From Elusimicrobiota bacterium (lineage in GTDB: Bacteria; Elusimicrobiota; Elusimicrobia; UBA1565; UBA9628): a stretch of 64,000 nt of DNA. The position numbers and the translations under genes were made by a program. Below the pieces are notes generated by a model, which was not told the origin of the DNA, did not search any database, and was given only the letters and a program-made list of their open reading frames with translations. The stretch is taken from assembly GCA_027451985.1 (NCBI GenBank), contig DAIDHS010000014.1, positions 1,748 through 65,747 of the forward strand, given 5' to 3'. Shown here in pieces: positions 9,877-19,694 of the stretch (the first letter of the stretch is position 1; each line of letters begins with the position of its first letter).

Positions 9877-12057
9877 TTATTGGCCCCCGGCCAAGCGAGC
9901 ATACGCTCCGCCTTGGACTTTCAACTCGTCGTGGGTGCCGCGCTCGACCGTGCGGCCTTCCTCGAGCACGATGATTTCGTCCGCATCGCGCACGGTGCTA
10001 AGTCGGTGCGCGATGATGATGCAGGTGCAGCCGCGGCGGCGCAGGTTCTCGTCGATAGTTTTCTCCGTCACTGTGTCTAAGGCGCTGGTGGCCTCGTCCA
10101 AGACCAGCACGCGCGGGTTCAAGACCAAGGCGCGCGCGATTTCCAGGCGCTGGCGCTGGCCGCCGCTCAAATTGGCGCCGCCCTCCTCCAAAATCGCGTC
10201 GTAGCCGCCGACGCGCGCCACGATGTCGTTGTGGATGCAGGCGTCCTTGGCCGCGGCGACCATCTGTTCCTCGGGCACGGTGTCGTCCCAGAGGGTCAAG
10301 TTGTCTCGCACCGTCCCGGCGAAGAGCGCGATGTCTTGATCCACCAAGGCCACGGAGTTGGCCAGGATCTCGCGCGGAATGCTCGCGCGCGGCGTCCCGT
10401 CGAAAAGAATTTCCCCGCTCCAGGGCGGGTAGAGGCCCGTGACGATTTTGGAGATGGTCGACTTGCCGCAGCCGCTGGGGCCCACCAGCGCCACGCGGCT
10501 TCCGGGCTTCAACGACAGGCTGAAGTCCTCGATAAGCGGTTCCGAGAGCCGAGAGTAGCCGAAGCTCACGCCGCGCAACTCGACCTGGCCGGAGAGCTTG
10601 GCCGCGGGCGCGGCGCCGGATTTCTGCGCCGCCTCGTCCGCCGCCACATCCGCGTCCACAGGATAGGCCATGACGTCGTCAAGGCGGTTCATGTCGCCCT
10701 CGAATTCCTGGAAGGTGCCCATGAGCGCCACGCAGCGGTTGACCGGCTCGATGAAGCTGGCCATGAGGCTTTGGAAAGCGACCAAGAGGCCCAGAGTCAT
10801 GTGCCCGCGCATCACGCTCAAGCCTCCGAAAGCCAGGACCGCGGCCGTGGCCAGGGCCTGCAAAAGCGGCGGAATCTGTAGAAAGGGCTGCGTGACTTCG
10901 TTCAACTGCATGGTGAAGCTCACCAGCTTGGCCTGGTAACCGGCCCAAGTGGAGAAGAAATCCGACTCTCCCCCGGTCGCCTTCAGGGTCTCGATTGCCT
11001 GGAGCCCTCCCATGGACACGCCCATGAGCTTGCCCTGCTCGCGCACAAGGCGGCGGTTGCCGTCCACGCGCTTTCGCTGGATGGCGCGCGCGGCCGCGTA
11101 GTTGGCGCCCAGGGCGCCGACGGCGACCAAGGTCAAGAGCGGATTGATGGCGAACATCAGGGCGGCGTAGAAGATCACCATGACCGCGTCGACCGCGGCG
11201 CCGGCCATGTCCGCGGCCATGATGTGGGCCAGGCGCTTGTTGATGGCCACGCGGTTGGCGATGTCGCCTCCGAAGCGCTGGGAGTAGAAGTCCACGGGCA
11301 GGCGCAACACGTGCCATAGGAACTTGCCCGAGCCCGAAACCGAGAGCTTGGTCTCCAGGCGGTTGAGATAGTGCTTCTGCAACCAGGTGAGCGCACCGCG
11401 CATGACGGCGGTGATGAGCATGCCTAGAAGAAGGGGCTTGATCCAGTCCGTCATCTGGAGCACGAGGTAGTCATCTACGAAAATGCGGATGAATGTCGGG
11501 ATGACCAAGCCCGGCACTACCAGGGCCAGGCCCGCGATGACGATGTAGGAAAGCGCCTTCTTAGAGGACTCCATGCGCTGGCGCAGGCCCGGCCACAAGG
11601 AGGGCTTCACGCCGCCTTTCTTGAACTCGGGCCCCGGCTTAAAGGCCAGCGTCACGCCTGTGAAACACTCGTCGAACTCCTCATCCGAAACCGTCCGCGG
11701 CCCGGCCGCCGGATCGGCGAGATAGACGACGCCTTTACCGAAGCCCTCGACCACCAGGAAATGGTTGAAATTCCAGAAGACGATGAGCGGCATATCCATT
11801 TGGCGAAGTTCGGCGGGCTCCTTGCGGTAGCCCGTGGCCTCTAATCCATAAGTCCGCGCCGCGCGCAGGATGTTGCGCGCGTTGCTGCCGTCGCGCGAAA
11901 CGCCGCAGGCCTTGCGCAGTTCCTCGAGCGGGACGTAGCGCCCGAAATAGCCCAACACCATGGCCAAGGACGCGGCGCCGCACTCGACCGCCTCCATCTG
12001 CAGGACCGTCGGGACGCGGGCCCGGCGGAAGCTTTCGGATAATTTCAGGAGAGACAC
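9877..12057 (-). CDS. NHLP bacteriocin-system C39 peptidase/ABC transporter (TIGR03796-like)
   Basis: PTVLQMEAVECGAA (catalytic Cys), HFLVVEG, YLADP; Walker A GPSGCGKS; LSGGQ. Confidence 0.95.
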   Translation of the reverse strand: MSLLKLSESFRRARVPTVLQMEAVECGAASLAMVLGYFGRYVPLEELRKACGVSRDGSNARNILRAARTYGLEATGYRKEPAELRQMDMPLIVFWNFNHFLVVEGFGKGVVYLADPAAGPRTVSDEEFDECFTGVTLAFKPGPEFKKGGVKPSLWPGLRQRMESSKKALSYIVIAGLALVVPGLVIPTFIRIFVDDYLVLQMTDWIKPLLLGMLITAVMRGALTWLQKHYLNRLETKLSVSGSGKFLWHVLRLPVDFYSQRFGGDIANRVAINKRLAHIMAADMAGAAVDAVMVIFYAALMFAINPLLTLVAVGALGANYAAARAIQRKRVDGNRRLVREQGKLMGVSMGGLQAIETLKATGGESDFFSTWAGYQAKLVSFTMQLNEVTQPFLQIPPLLQALATAAVLAFGGLSVMRGHMTLGLLVAFQSLMASFIEPVNRCVALMGTFQEFEGDMNRLDDVMAYPVDADVAADEAAQKSGAAPAAKLSGQVELRGVSFGYSRLSEPLIEDFSLSLKPGSRVALVGPSGCGKSTISKIVTGLYPPWSGEILFDGTPRASIPREILANSVALVDQDIALFAGTVRDNLTLWDDTVPEEQMVAAAKDACIHNDIVARVGGYDAILEEGGANLSGGQRQRLEIARALVLNPRVLVLDEATSALDTVTEKTIDENLRRRGCTCIIIAHRLSTVRDADEIIVLEEGRTVERGTHDELKVQGGAYARLAGGQ

Positions 12058-12064
12058 GGGGCGA

Positions 12065-13123
12065 TTAGAGCCCCAGCAGGGACTTCATCGCCGGGATGAC
12101 CAAGGTGATGGGGCGGCGCTTTTTGACGATGACGCGCACGTCGCACATCATGCCCGCCTTGATTTTCTGCTGCGGGCCGTCCGATGAGGACCAGCGGTAG
12201 CCGCTAAAATTATTGGGGTCCGCCTCCAGGGAGATACGCAGGATGTAGGGCGCGCCGCCGGAGGTGAGTTCCTGATCGAGGATATTGTTGCGGGTCAACT
12301 CGAAAATCATCTGCTCACGCGCGGGGAACTCGGAGACATAATAGACTTGGCCCTTCAAGTAGCCGTACTCTTCCTTCTTGATCGTGCGCGGCGAGACCTC
12401 CGCGGCCATGCCGGGCTTGGCCTGGTTGCCCACGCTCGGGATAAAGGCGATGGCGTTCAAAGACTGCTTCTCGCTGAAATAGGTCATGAGGAAAGCGCCT
12501 TTTTGGATGAGCGTGCCAGGCGAGGTCATGACTTCCACGATGCGCCCGCTCTTGGGCGCGATCACGTCCGTGGCTTCCTTCAACTCCATGCCGTTCAAGG
12601 CCAGCTGATTCTGGAGGGACTTGAGCTGGCTTTTGGCCTGGGCAAGGTTCTGCTTGGCGTTCTCCAGCACGTCTGGCGCGATGAGCCCCCCCTGCAGGGC
12701 CACCCGCATGGAGTCGACCTGGCGCTGCAGGCTACGCATGTGTTCCTGCGTGGCCGCGATCTTCTGGCTGATTTCCGCGTTCGAGCGGGCGCCGCGCTGC
12801 GCCATGTTGCTCTGATCCAGCGTCGCGACGACTTGTCCCTTTGTTACTGCGTCGCCTTCGCTGACGAAAATCTGCTTGACGATTCCGGTCCCGGGCGAGT
12901 AGATATTGTCCACGCCGCGGGGCGGCATGATGATGGCGGGACCGGAAATCGTCGTGGGAATGCTGCCGAAGACGGACCAGATGAGCGCTAAAGCGATGAG
13001 TCCGCAGAGCGTCCACAGGGCATACCAGCCCTTGGGTGTGGTCACCTGCATCAGGTAGTCTAGTTGCTCGGGAGAGGAGAGGCGTTCCAGAGAGGTTTTT
13101 CTAAAGATTTCCTGCTCGGCCAT
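12065..13123 (-). CDS. NHLP bacteriocin-system secretion (HlyD-like) protein (TIGR03794-like)
   Basis: IFRKTSLERLSSPEQLD, single TM, coiled coil, SGYRWSSSDGP, RPITLVIP. Confidence 0.93.
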   Translation of the reverse strand: MAEQEIFRKTSLERLSSPEQLDYLMQVTTPKGWYALWTLCGLIALALIWSVFGSIPTTISGPAIIMPPRGVDNIYSPGTGIVKQIFVSEGDAVTKGQVVATLDQSNMAQRGARSNAEISQKIAATQEHMRSLQRQVDSMRVALQGGLIAPDVLENAKQNLAQAKSQLKSLQNQLALNGMELKEATDVIAPKSGRIVEVMTSPGTLIQKGAFLMTYFSEKQSLNAIAFIPSVGNQAKPGMAAEVSPRTIKKEEYGYLKGQVYYVSEFPAREQMIFELTRNNILDQELTSGGAPYILRISLEADPNNFSGYRWSSSDGPQQKIKAGMMCDVRVIVKKRRPITLVIPAMKSLLGL

Positions 13124-13155
13124 GAATGGAAAATTTTAACACAAAAGCGGGCGGC

Positions 13156-16100
13156 TCAAGCGAAGATTTCGACCTCGGGGAGTCCCTTTTGCAAAAAACG
13201 CGCGGCCGCGTAGCCGACGCCCGATTGACCCTGAAAAAATCCAGGGGTGGGCAGGCCCGCATCGAAGCCCAGGCGCAGGGCGCCTCGCTCGGTGCGGGAC
13301 GCCACGAGCGCGATGTCTCGCCGCGCCCACCGCGCCAAATTATCGTCTTTAAGAGCCTCTGCGGCGCGCTTTAAAAAAAGAGCGACGCCCACCTTGCCGC
13401 AGCACAAGTGATCGACGGGAGGCTCATCCGCGTGGCGCCAAGCCGCCGTGGCGGCTTGGCGCACGCTCAGCGAAAAATCGACACCCAGAAGCCGGCCCGT
13501 TTCCAAAAGCCCAAGACCCACGCCCGCCGCTCCGCCGCACCAGCTGGAGACAAAGCGCGGTTTGTCTCCCTGCCCGAAATCGCGCCAGTCCGGCCAGCCG
13601 CCCGCCTCGGCGTCGTAGCGCGCGGCGCAAAGCTCGGCCAAGTCGCGGGCCGCGGCGGCCCACGGGCCACCGCGCTTGGCCATGCGCGCGCAGACGTAGG
13701 CCGCGCCCGCCGCGCCGTGCGCTAAGCCCAATTCCGGACGCGCGTTTCGGCGCGACGCGGCCGCGCTGAAGAGCTCCCGGCTCGCCGCCAGAAATTCTTT
13801 CGAGAGCTCCTCGCGGCGACGCTCGATTTCGCCCGCGAGCGCGGCGGGAAGCCCCTGCGGCAGGACCTCCAGCGCCAAAAGAGCGCCCGGGATTCCCCCC
13901 AGCAGGTCCGCTCGGCGCGCGTCCTCCAGAGACAGGTATTTGGGCGAAAGCGCCGCCGCCAGATGGGCCGCGTCCAGGACTAGAGATTCATCTTTCAGGA
14001 TGCGGCCGATAGCCGATAAGCCGTAGGGCAAGGAGGCCGCGCCCGTGCCCACGCCCAGGCCCATGATGCGCACCATCCGCTCCATGCCGTATCGCTGCGC
14101 GTCGCGGGCGGCGAGCTTGGCCGTGGCCAGGGCCGTGCGGCGGGCGCGCTCGTGCCCCCCGACGGCGTGGGCCGCGGCCAGGAAAAGGGAAATGCCCATC
14201 GCCCCGTCGAAAAGCCGGCCGCCCACGGGACCGTACTGCCAGTTGCGCGAACGTTCGTCGTAGCACAGGGACAGCCACCAAGCCTCGTCGTTTTCCGCCA
14301 TCAGGGCGCCGTCTAAGATGCCGTCGGCCAGGCGTAAAATCACGCTCTTAAGCGTCTCCGGCGAGGCGTCGGCCTCTTCGGCGCCCTCCGGAGCGGACTT
14401 CCCCTGCGCCGCTTTGGGCATAAAAAAGCTCGCGCGCAGGAACTGCCTTTGCCGGGATAAATCAGGCTCGCCCAGCGCGGACAAGCGCCCGCGGACCAGG
14501 TCCAGCGGCGCTTCGTTCATCGTCAGAATCCGCCGCCCGCCGCAAGACGCGTACGCCCGGCCCGGCGCCGTTTTAAAAACCGGAACGTCCCGGTAAGACA
14601 ACGTCGCGATTTCCTCAACGGCGCACAAGCCGAGGCCCCGCCGCTCTTCCTCGTCTTCCACGCCGGAGAGCGCCCGCCACAAGGGCTCGAACACCAAGCC
14701 ATGGGCCGCGCCGTCCTTGAGCGCCGCGGGCTCCAGAGACTTTTGCAGCAGGTGGGCGTAGACCTTGGTGTTGCGCAGGATAAAGCGGGTCGGGATATCC
14801 CGGAGAGGCTCGAGCGCGGCGGAAGCGGCTTCGCGGATCTCGGGATGCAGAGCCTGGCCATAGGCCTCGGTAAAGCCCGTTTCGATGTCGTCTAGATAAT
14901 CGGCCGCGGCGACGGGCCGGCCGTTTAAAAGCGGTTTGTTCGCGCTGGGCGGGGCGGCCGTCCGGACCTTGGCCACGCGCATGCGGTCGCGGTTGGGAAA
15001 TTGCCACGCCAGGACTTCTCCCGATTCGCCCGCGCTTCCCCCCGCCAATCCGCTCGACTCCAAAACCCGGTCGCCGCCCAAAAACTCGTAGCGGGGCAGA
15101 AGCGCCGTGCGCACGACCGATTCAAAGAAGAAGCGGTGCAGCGCCAAGTTGGACGCGCCAAAGGCGTCCGCTCCCATACGCGGCCTCGGGCAGCACACGG
15201 TCTCCAAATCGATGGGATAAGGCCCCGCGGCGGTCGCGACGATGTTCTCGTGATGCAGGTCCGAGGCGCCCAGCAGGTACATGTGGAAGAGCAGCTCTCC
15301 CGCCGCCTTGAAATATCTCCGGACTTCGACCTCGGTTTTAAAATCGGCGCGGCGGGCAAATTCGCAGTAGCCGTAGCCGTCGCGGCCCAGTACGCGCAGG
15401 CGACCTAAGCTTGAGGCAAAACCCGCGGCGCCGATGCCGTCCAAGTAGGCGCCAAACCACGCCTCGGCCGCCAATGATTTGGGCTTATAAAGGAAGCGTG
15501 CGCCGCCTTCCGATTCCAGCACGGCCACGGTCTTTCCGCCCTCGTGCGGATCCGAGACGCCGAATTGGACGTGCCGCGCGCGCGCGGGCGCGCCTCCCAC
15601 GACGAAGAGCCGGACGACTTCCGGCCAATCCTCGGTCAAACGGGAAACGAACAGGGTCATGTTCCTGCGCCAATTTTCCAGCAAAACGGCCATGACGCGC
15701 AGAAGGACCGGGTATTCCCCGAAGAAAGCCCGGAAGCCGTCTTCCTGAAATTTAAGGATGAAGGCGCGGAAAGCGGCGTCTGACTCCGCGTCGAAACCGG
15801 AGAGGCTTTCGCCCTCCAGGTTTTTAAAAACGGCGAACTCAGCCGCGAGGCAATAGGCCGAAACGCCGCACAAGTTGTTGAGTAGATCGTGCCGTAAATC
15901 GTCCCAGGCCTCCGCCGCCAGCGGAGCCTCGGGAACAGCCGCCGCGCAAGAGCTCTGAAGACGCGCAAGCTCGTGATGCGTCAGGGCCGACCAGACGGGG
16001 CCAAACGCCACGTCCGCGTCGGGCAAAACGGCTCCGCTTTGCGAATTTCTCAGCACGCCGGAGAAAAACTCGACGATGTCCACAGCTGCGGGGACCCAGC

Positions 16101-16299
16101 GTTCGTCATCAGGAGGCGATCCGCCGAAGGCTTTGCGCTGTTCCAAAAGTCCGGGAGTGAGCGGATCGATGGCCACGCGCCATGCCTCCACGTCCAGGCC
16201 CCGCGCGCCGTCGGCCGAAAGCCGCTCGGACAAAAGGCGCGCTTTGGGTAGAAGCGCCTGAACGAAGGCTTCCGGCGGGGCGAAGGACGCGGCGCTCAC
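13156..16299 (-). CDS. lanM: Class II lanthipeptide synthetase LanM, CCG-type
   Basis: YKPKS, DLHHEN, IDLET dehydratase motifs; GLAHG, WCGG, HLCCG cyclase motifs; GTG start overlaps the upstream stop, with GGAGGAGG RBS. Confidence 0.93.
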   Translation of the reverse strand: MSAASFAPPEAFVQALLPKARLLSERLSADGARGLDVEAWRVAIDPLTPGLLEQRKAFGGSPPDDERWVPAAVDIVEFFSGVLRNSQSGAVLPDADVAFGPVWSALTHHELARLQSSCAAAVPEAPLAAEAWDDLRHDLLNNLCGVSAYCLAAEFAVFKNLEGESLSGFDAESDAAFRAFILKFQEDGFRAFFGEYPVLLRVMAVLLENWRRNMTLFVSRLTEDWPEVVRLFVVGGAPARARHVQFGVSDPHEGGKTVAVLESEGGARFLYKPKSLAAEAWFGAYLDGIGAAGFASSLGRLRVLGRDGYGYCEFARRADFKTEVEVRRYFKAAGELLFHMYLLGASDLHHENIVATAAGPYPIDLETVCCPRPRMGADAFGASNLALHRFFFESVVRTALLPRYEFLGGDRVLESSGLAGGSAGESGEVLAWQFPNRDRMRVAKVRTAAPPSANKPLLNGRPVAAADYLDDIETGFTEAYGQALHPEIREAASAALEPLRDIPTRFILRNTKVYAHLLQKSLEPAALKDGAAHGLVFEPLWRALSGVEDEEERRGLGLCAVEEIATLSYRDVPVFKTAPGRAYASCGGRRILTMNEAPLDLVRGRLSALGEPDLSRQRQFLRASFFMPKAAQGKSAPEGAEEADASPETLKSVILRLADGILDGALMAENDEAWWLSLCYDERSRNWQYGPVGGRLFDGAMGISLFLAAAHAVGGHERARRTALATAKLAARDAQRYGMERMVRIMGLGVGTGAASLPYGLSAIGRILKDESLVLDAAHLAAALSPKYLSLEDARRADLLGGIPGALLALEVLPQGLPAALAGEIERRREELSKEFLAASRELFSAAASRRNARPELGLAHGAAGAAYVCARMAKRGGPWAAAARDLAELCAARYDAEAGGWPDWRDFGQGDKPRFVSSWCGGAAGVGLGLLETGRLLGVDFSLSVRQAATAAWRHADEPPVDHLCCGKVGVALFLKRAAEALKDDNLARWARRDIALVASRTERGALRLGFDAGLPTPGFFQGQSGVGYAAARFLQKGLPEVEIFA

Positions 16300-17027
16300 G
16301 CCTCCTCCCGGCGCAGACGCCACGCCTGCGGGTCGTCCGCGATCGCATCCAGAAATGCGGAGAGGTTCGTGTGGTTGACGAAGTTGAAGCTCAAAGTCAC
16401 GGAAGGCTCGAGGCTGCGCGCGGAGTGCACCTGCCCGGCGGGCACGAGCAGCACGTCGCCGGGCTCCAGATCCGCTCTCTTGACCGCGGACCGCGCCTTT
16501 TCTCCGGCCGGGCCGTGCAGGCTTACGCACTTGCGGCCGATGATTTGCGCGAGCCAGGCGTGCGTGGAAAACAAATCCGTGTGCGGCAAAGTCTCGGTCC
16601 CTGCGGGGCCGATGAAAAGCCAGCCGAACTTCTTCAAATACCACTCCTTGTCCGCGGGGGAGCGGAAATCGAGCAGCGTGCGGCAGAACTCCGGAAAAGC
16701 GAAGTCCTCCAGCAGCTCGGGGTGCTTCGCGAAAGGAGAATATTGCAGGGTATACCAGCGCGGCTCGCTCTCGGGTCCGGCGCCGCCTAAAATCCAATCG
16801 ATGAAGCCGGCCAGAAGCACTTTCTTGCCGCGCTTGGTTCCGCCGATGTTGTCGCCCACGACCAACTCGTCTTGCCCCAGCGCCTCGCGCAAAAAATCCC
16901 AGGTCCAGCGCCCGCACGCCCGCCAGTGCTTGGCGTAGCCTTTAAAGAGCGCCGGCGCGCCCGGAGAAGCGAGCAGCGCGCGCTCGGCCTCCTCTGCGGA
17001 AATGCCCTCTTTGAAAACGCGGATCAT
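16296..17027 (-). CDS. JmjC/cupin Fe(II)-2OG oxygenase (putative peptide hydroxylase)
   Basis: WLFIGPAGT, HxD (HTD) and distal H (PAGQVH); ATGA coupling. Confidence 0.85.
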   Translation of the reverse strand: MIRVFKEGISAEEAERALLASPGAPALFKGYAKHWRACGRWTWDFLREALGQDELVVGDNIGGTKRGKKVLLAGFIDWILGGAGPESEPRWYTLQYSPFAKHPELLEDFAFPEFCRTLLDFRSPADKEWYLKKFGWLFIGPAGTETLPHTDLFSTHAWLAQIIGRKCVSLHGPAGEKARSAVKRADLEPGDVLLVPAGQVHSARSLEPSVTLSFNFVNHTNLSAFLDAIADDPQAWRLRREEA

Positions 17028-17926
17028 GACGGCGCGGCGGCGGAAAGGGCGGAGCGGCGGCGGATCTCCGCCCCGAAGCGATCCGTCAAGACGCCCGAGA
17101 GCCTCTCCAGCAGCCGGTCGCACAGATCTCGCGGAGTGTAGCCCGAAATGCGCGAGAGGCTGATGCCGATGAACCGGCAGTCCATATCCGAGCTTTTAAG
17201 CCACGCGGCGAAGCGATCCAGGCGCGCGAAGGCTTCCTCGTCCGTGGCCGTGCGGCCCTCGCCGCGCCCCTCCGAACGACCGAAGACCAGCAGGTGCCGT
17301 CCGTCGGGCGAGATCGTGGGGCTGACCGGAGCGCCGGGGGAAATGCGCAGAAGATGATACGGGTTGCTCTTAAAGCTTTCAAACTCGCCCGCGGTGACCT
17401 CAAGAGCGACCGGAGCGCGGTCCGGAGTCAGGTTGCAGGAGAAATAGTCCAGGCAGACGTCGAGCGCGACCGGGCCTTGCGGGCGGATGTCGGAAAGAGC
17501 CTTGACCCGAGCGAAGCGCGCCTGGGCGGCGTCCGGCTTGCCTTCCAATTCGGGCGGCAGCGGCCCTTTGGCCCAGACCATGGCGCGGCGCGCCGGATCA
17601 GTCGTGAAAACGCAGACCGGGCCGTCGTAGGGGATCGTGGCCTCGTGCTCGCGGTGCCACCACACCTCGCCGAAGAGGCCGTGAAGCATGGCCGGCCAGA
17701 TGAAGTTGGCGATGTTGAGCTCCTTCAAGACGAAGGCGCGTGTCTCCGCGAGGCCCGCTTCCGGCTTGAGCATCGGGCCCTGCAGCGTGGGCAAGTCCAT
17801 GTCCGAGTGCTCGTCGATGTGGACCAAGGAACTGCCCCGCGCGGGAAGGACGCCCCTGACGGCGGCCTCCTTCCAGAAGTAGAACGCCTCGTGGTGCTCC
17901 TCGAAAACGACGCAGGAGACGGGCAT
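17024..17926 (-). CDS. UPF0489-family putative peptide arginase (Arg to Orn)
   Basis: EEHHEAF, HIDEHSD, IANFIWPA, LDVCLDYFS, SRISGYTP; TGATG coupling; RiPP context. Confidence 0.8.
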   Translation of the reverse strand: MPVSCVVFEEHHEAFYFWKEAAVRGVLPARGSSLVHIDEHSDMDLPTLQGPMLKPEAGLAETRAFVLKELNIANFIWPAMLHGLFGEVWWHREHEATIPYDGPVCVFTTDPARRAMVWAKGPLPPELEGKPDAAQARFARVKALSDIRPQGPVALDVCLDYFSCNLTPDRAPVALEVTAGEFESFKSNPYHLLRISPGAPVSPTISPDGRHLLVFGRSEGRGEGRTATDEEAFARLDRFAAWLKSSDMDCRFIGISLSRISGYTPRDLCDRLLERLSGVLTDRFGAEIRRRSALSAAAPS

Positions 17927-18858
17927 CAGCTCCGCGCGGGGGCGAGCAGGACTTCGAGCCCGCGCAAAGTCCAGGTCCTGTCCAGGCAGGGCACCAAGTG
18001 CTTGTTCAAGGAGCGCAGCCACTCGGGATATTCCAGCGGCACGTCGAACTCGGCGCAGCTGGGCGAACCTTTTTTCAAAAACATCTGGTAATGCGCGTTC
18101 ATGGCCGCGCGCAGGAGAAGCACGGCCGCGGCGCGGTGGCGCGAGGCGAAGTCCGGCTCGACCCAGAACTTGGTGTAGTAGAGCGTGTCCGGCTTCTCCG
18201 CGAAGCGGTGGGTCGCGAACCAGCCCTTGGCCTCGTCGCCCGCAAACAGCATCTGGCTCGTCTCCCAGTCGAGCTCACTTTGCCTAAAGCGCACGCCCAG
18301 GTGGGCCGGACCCCCGGCGCGCGAACCCCGCTCGATGGGGTCAAGCCCCTCGACGCGGGCTTTGGCCCAGGAAATCACGCGCCAATCGGCGGTCGAGGAT
18401 TCCCCCGCCCCCTTGGCCCAGCGCGGGATGTTCGCGATGCGGCTCTGTCCGAAGAAGATGCGCGTAAAAGGCGTCCCGTAGCCCGCCTTGATGATGGTCT
18501 TTTCCGCGGCTTCCAAGCCCGTGATGCGGCTGCCGTAATTCAAGGAAAGCCGCTCAAGATCAGGGGCGCGGGAAAGCTCTTCCCTCAAGCGGCGCAGCAA
18601 CGCGGCGCCGAGGCCTTGCCGGCGATATTCCGGCGCGACGTAGACGGAAAGCAGTTCGGCCCTATGCTCCGCGGCAATGAGACCGGCCAGAGCCAAGCCC
18701 TGCGGCTCGCCGCCTAAAGTCCGCGCGGCCGCGGCCAGCCAGGGAAATTCCTTCTTCGCGGCGCCTTCGGCGTAGGACGGGTAAGTGAGACCGGCCCAAG
18801 GGGCGAAGTCGGCTTCGGCGTTAAGGATGGAAATTTCGGAATCTAAAGCGGCGTTCAC
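17926..18858 (-). CDS. Extended GNAT acyltransferase (putative peptide fatty-acyl transferase)
   Basis: LLSVYVAPEYRRQGLG motif in a 310-aa protein with a second degenerate domain. Confidence 0.8.
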   Translation of the reverse strand: MNAALDSEISILNAEADFAPWAGLTYPSYAEGAAKKEFPWLAAAARTLGGEPQGLALAGLIAAEHRAELLSVYVAPEYRRQGLGAALLRRLREELSRAPDLERLSLNYGSRITGLEAAEKTIIKAGYGTPFTRIFFGQSRIANIPRWAKGAGESSTADWRVISWAKARVEGLDPIERGSRAGGPAHLGVRFRQSELDWETSQMLFAGDEAKGWFATHRFAEKPDTLYYTKFWVEPDFASRHRAAAVLLLRAAMNAHYQMFLKKGSPSCAEFDVPLEYPEWLRSLNKHLVPCLDRTWTLRGLEVLLAPARS

Positions 18859-18884
18859 GGGAGAAATCTCGGATTGGGGCTTTG

Positions 18885-18924
18885 CGCTCCGGAGCGCGGC
18901 CGAACTGCTCCGCGCCCCGGAGCG
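18885..18924 (-). terminator. 15-bp GC-rich stem-loop between precursor and maturase genes
   Basis: CGCTCCGGGGCGCGG-N10-CCGCGCTCCGGAGCG on the minus strand (one G-U pair), no U tract. Confidence 0.65.
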
Positions 18925-18950
18925 ATGCCGTTTTAATTTTTCGGCCGAAA

Positions 18951-19268
18951 CTACATGCTCATCATGACGCAGGCCGAGGAGCCGCCGCAGCTCGCGCCGC
19001 AGCGCCCGCCGCCCGCGACTTTCTCAAGCTCGCTGTCCGAGAGCTCGCCGCCCGCCTTAACCAGATCGGGCACCACGACCACCAAGTCCGCGCCGTTGCG
19101 CGCCACGGCCTTGATGTTGAAGCCTTGCGGAAGCTCCTTGCCGGAGACTTCTTTGACCGCCGCGCTGGGGTTTTTGAGCGCCAGCTCGCGGAACTTCGCG
19201 TCCGTCGAAGCCTTGCGCGAGAACGCTTCCAAGGCTTTTTTTTGCTCGTCTTGGGTCCAGGGTTTCAT
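18951..19268 (-). CDS. NHLP-leader RiPP precursor A1; predicted core GRCGASCGGSSACVMMSM
   Basis: 87-aa leader ending ELSDSELEKVAGG; AAGGAG RBS. Confidence 0.93.
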   Translation of the reverse strand: MKPWTQDEQKKALEAFSRKASTDAKFRELALKNPSAAVKEVSGKELPQGFNIKAVARNGADLVVVVPDLVKAGGELSDSELEKVAGGGRCGASCGGSSACVMMSM

Positions 19269-19331
19269 CGTTTTCTCCTTAAGAATAATTTAAACGGCCC
19301 GCCTTTCCTTTATATCGATTTGCAAATGCGC

Positions 19332-19694
19332 TTAAACGCAGGCTCCACCCACTCCCGGCACGTACGTAGGCCCCGGAGGCACCGTGGACGAAACCAGGCA
19401 GACCTGGCTGATACCGCAGCTTCCCGCGCAGCGTCCTCCCGCGACCTTCTCGAGTTCGCTGTCCGAGAGCTCGCCGCCCGCCTTGACCAGGTCGGGAACC
19501 ACAAGCACCATGTCCGCGCCGTCCCTCGCCACCGCCGCGACCTTAAAGCCCGCCGGCAGATCCTTGCCGGAGACTTCCTTGACCGCCGCGGCCGGATTCT
19601 TGAGCGCCAACTCGCGGAATTTCGCGTCCGTCGAGGCCTTGCGTGCGAACGCCTCCAAAGCCTTTTTCTTTTCGTCCTGCGTCCAAGGTTTCAT
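19332..19694 (-). CDS. NHLP-leader RiPP precursor A2; predicted core RCAGSCGISQVCLVSSTVPPGPTYVPGVGGACV
   Basis: Leader nearly identical to A1 with the same double-Gly site; AAGGAG RBS. Confidence 0.93.
   Translation of the reverse strand: MKPWTQDEKKKALEAFARKASTDAKFRELALKNPAAAVKEVSGKDLPAGFKVAAVARDGADMVLVVPDLVKAGGELSDSELEKVAGGRCAGSCGISQVCLVSSTVPPGPTYVPGVGGACV

Noticed and set aside
16300-16917. 1253-aa LanM with a long N-terminal extension, as in the ORF track
   Set aside because: The extension overlaps the JmjC gene in another frame; GTG at 16299 has an RBS and stop/start coupling
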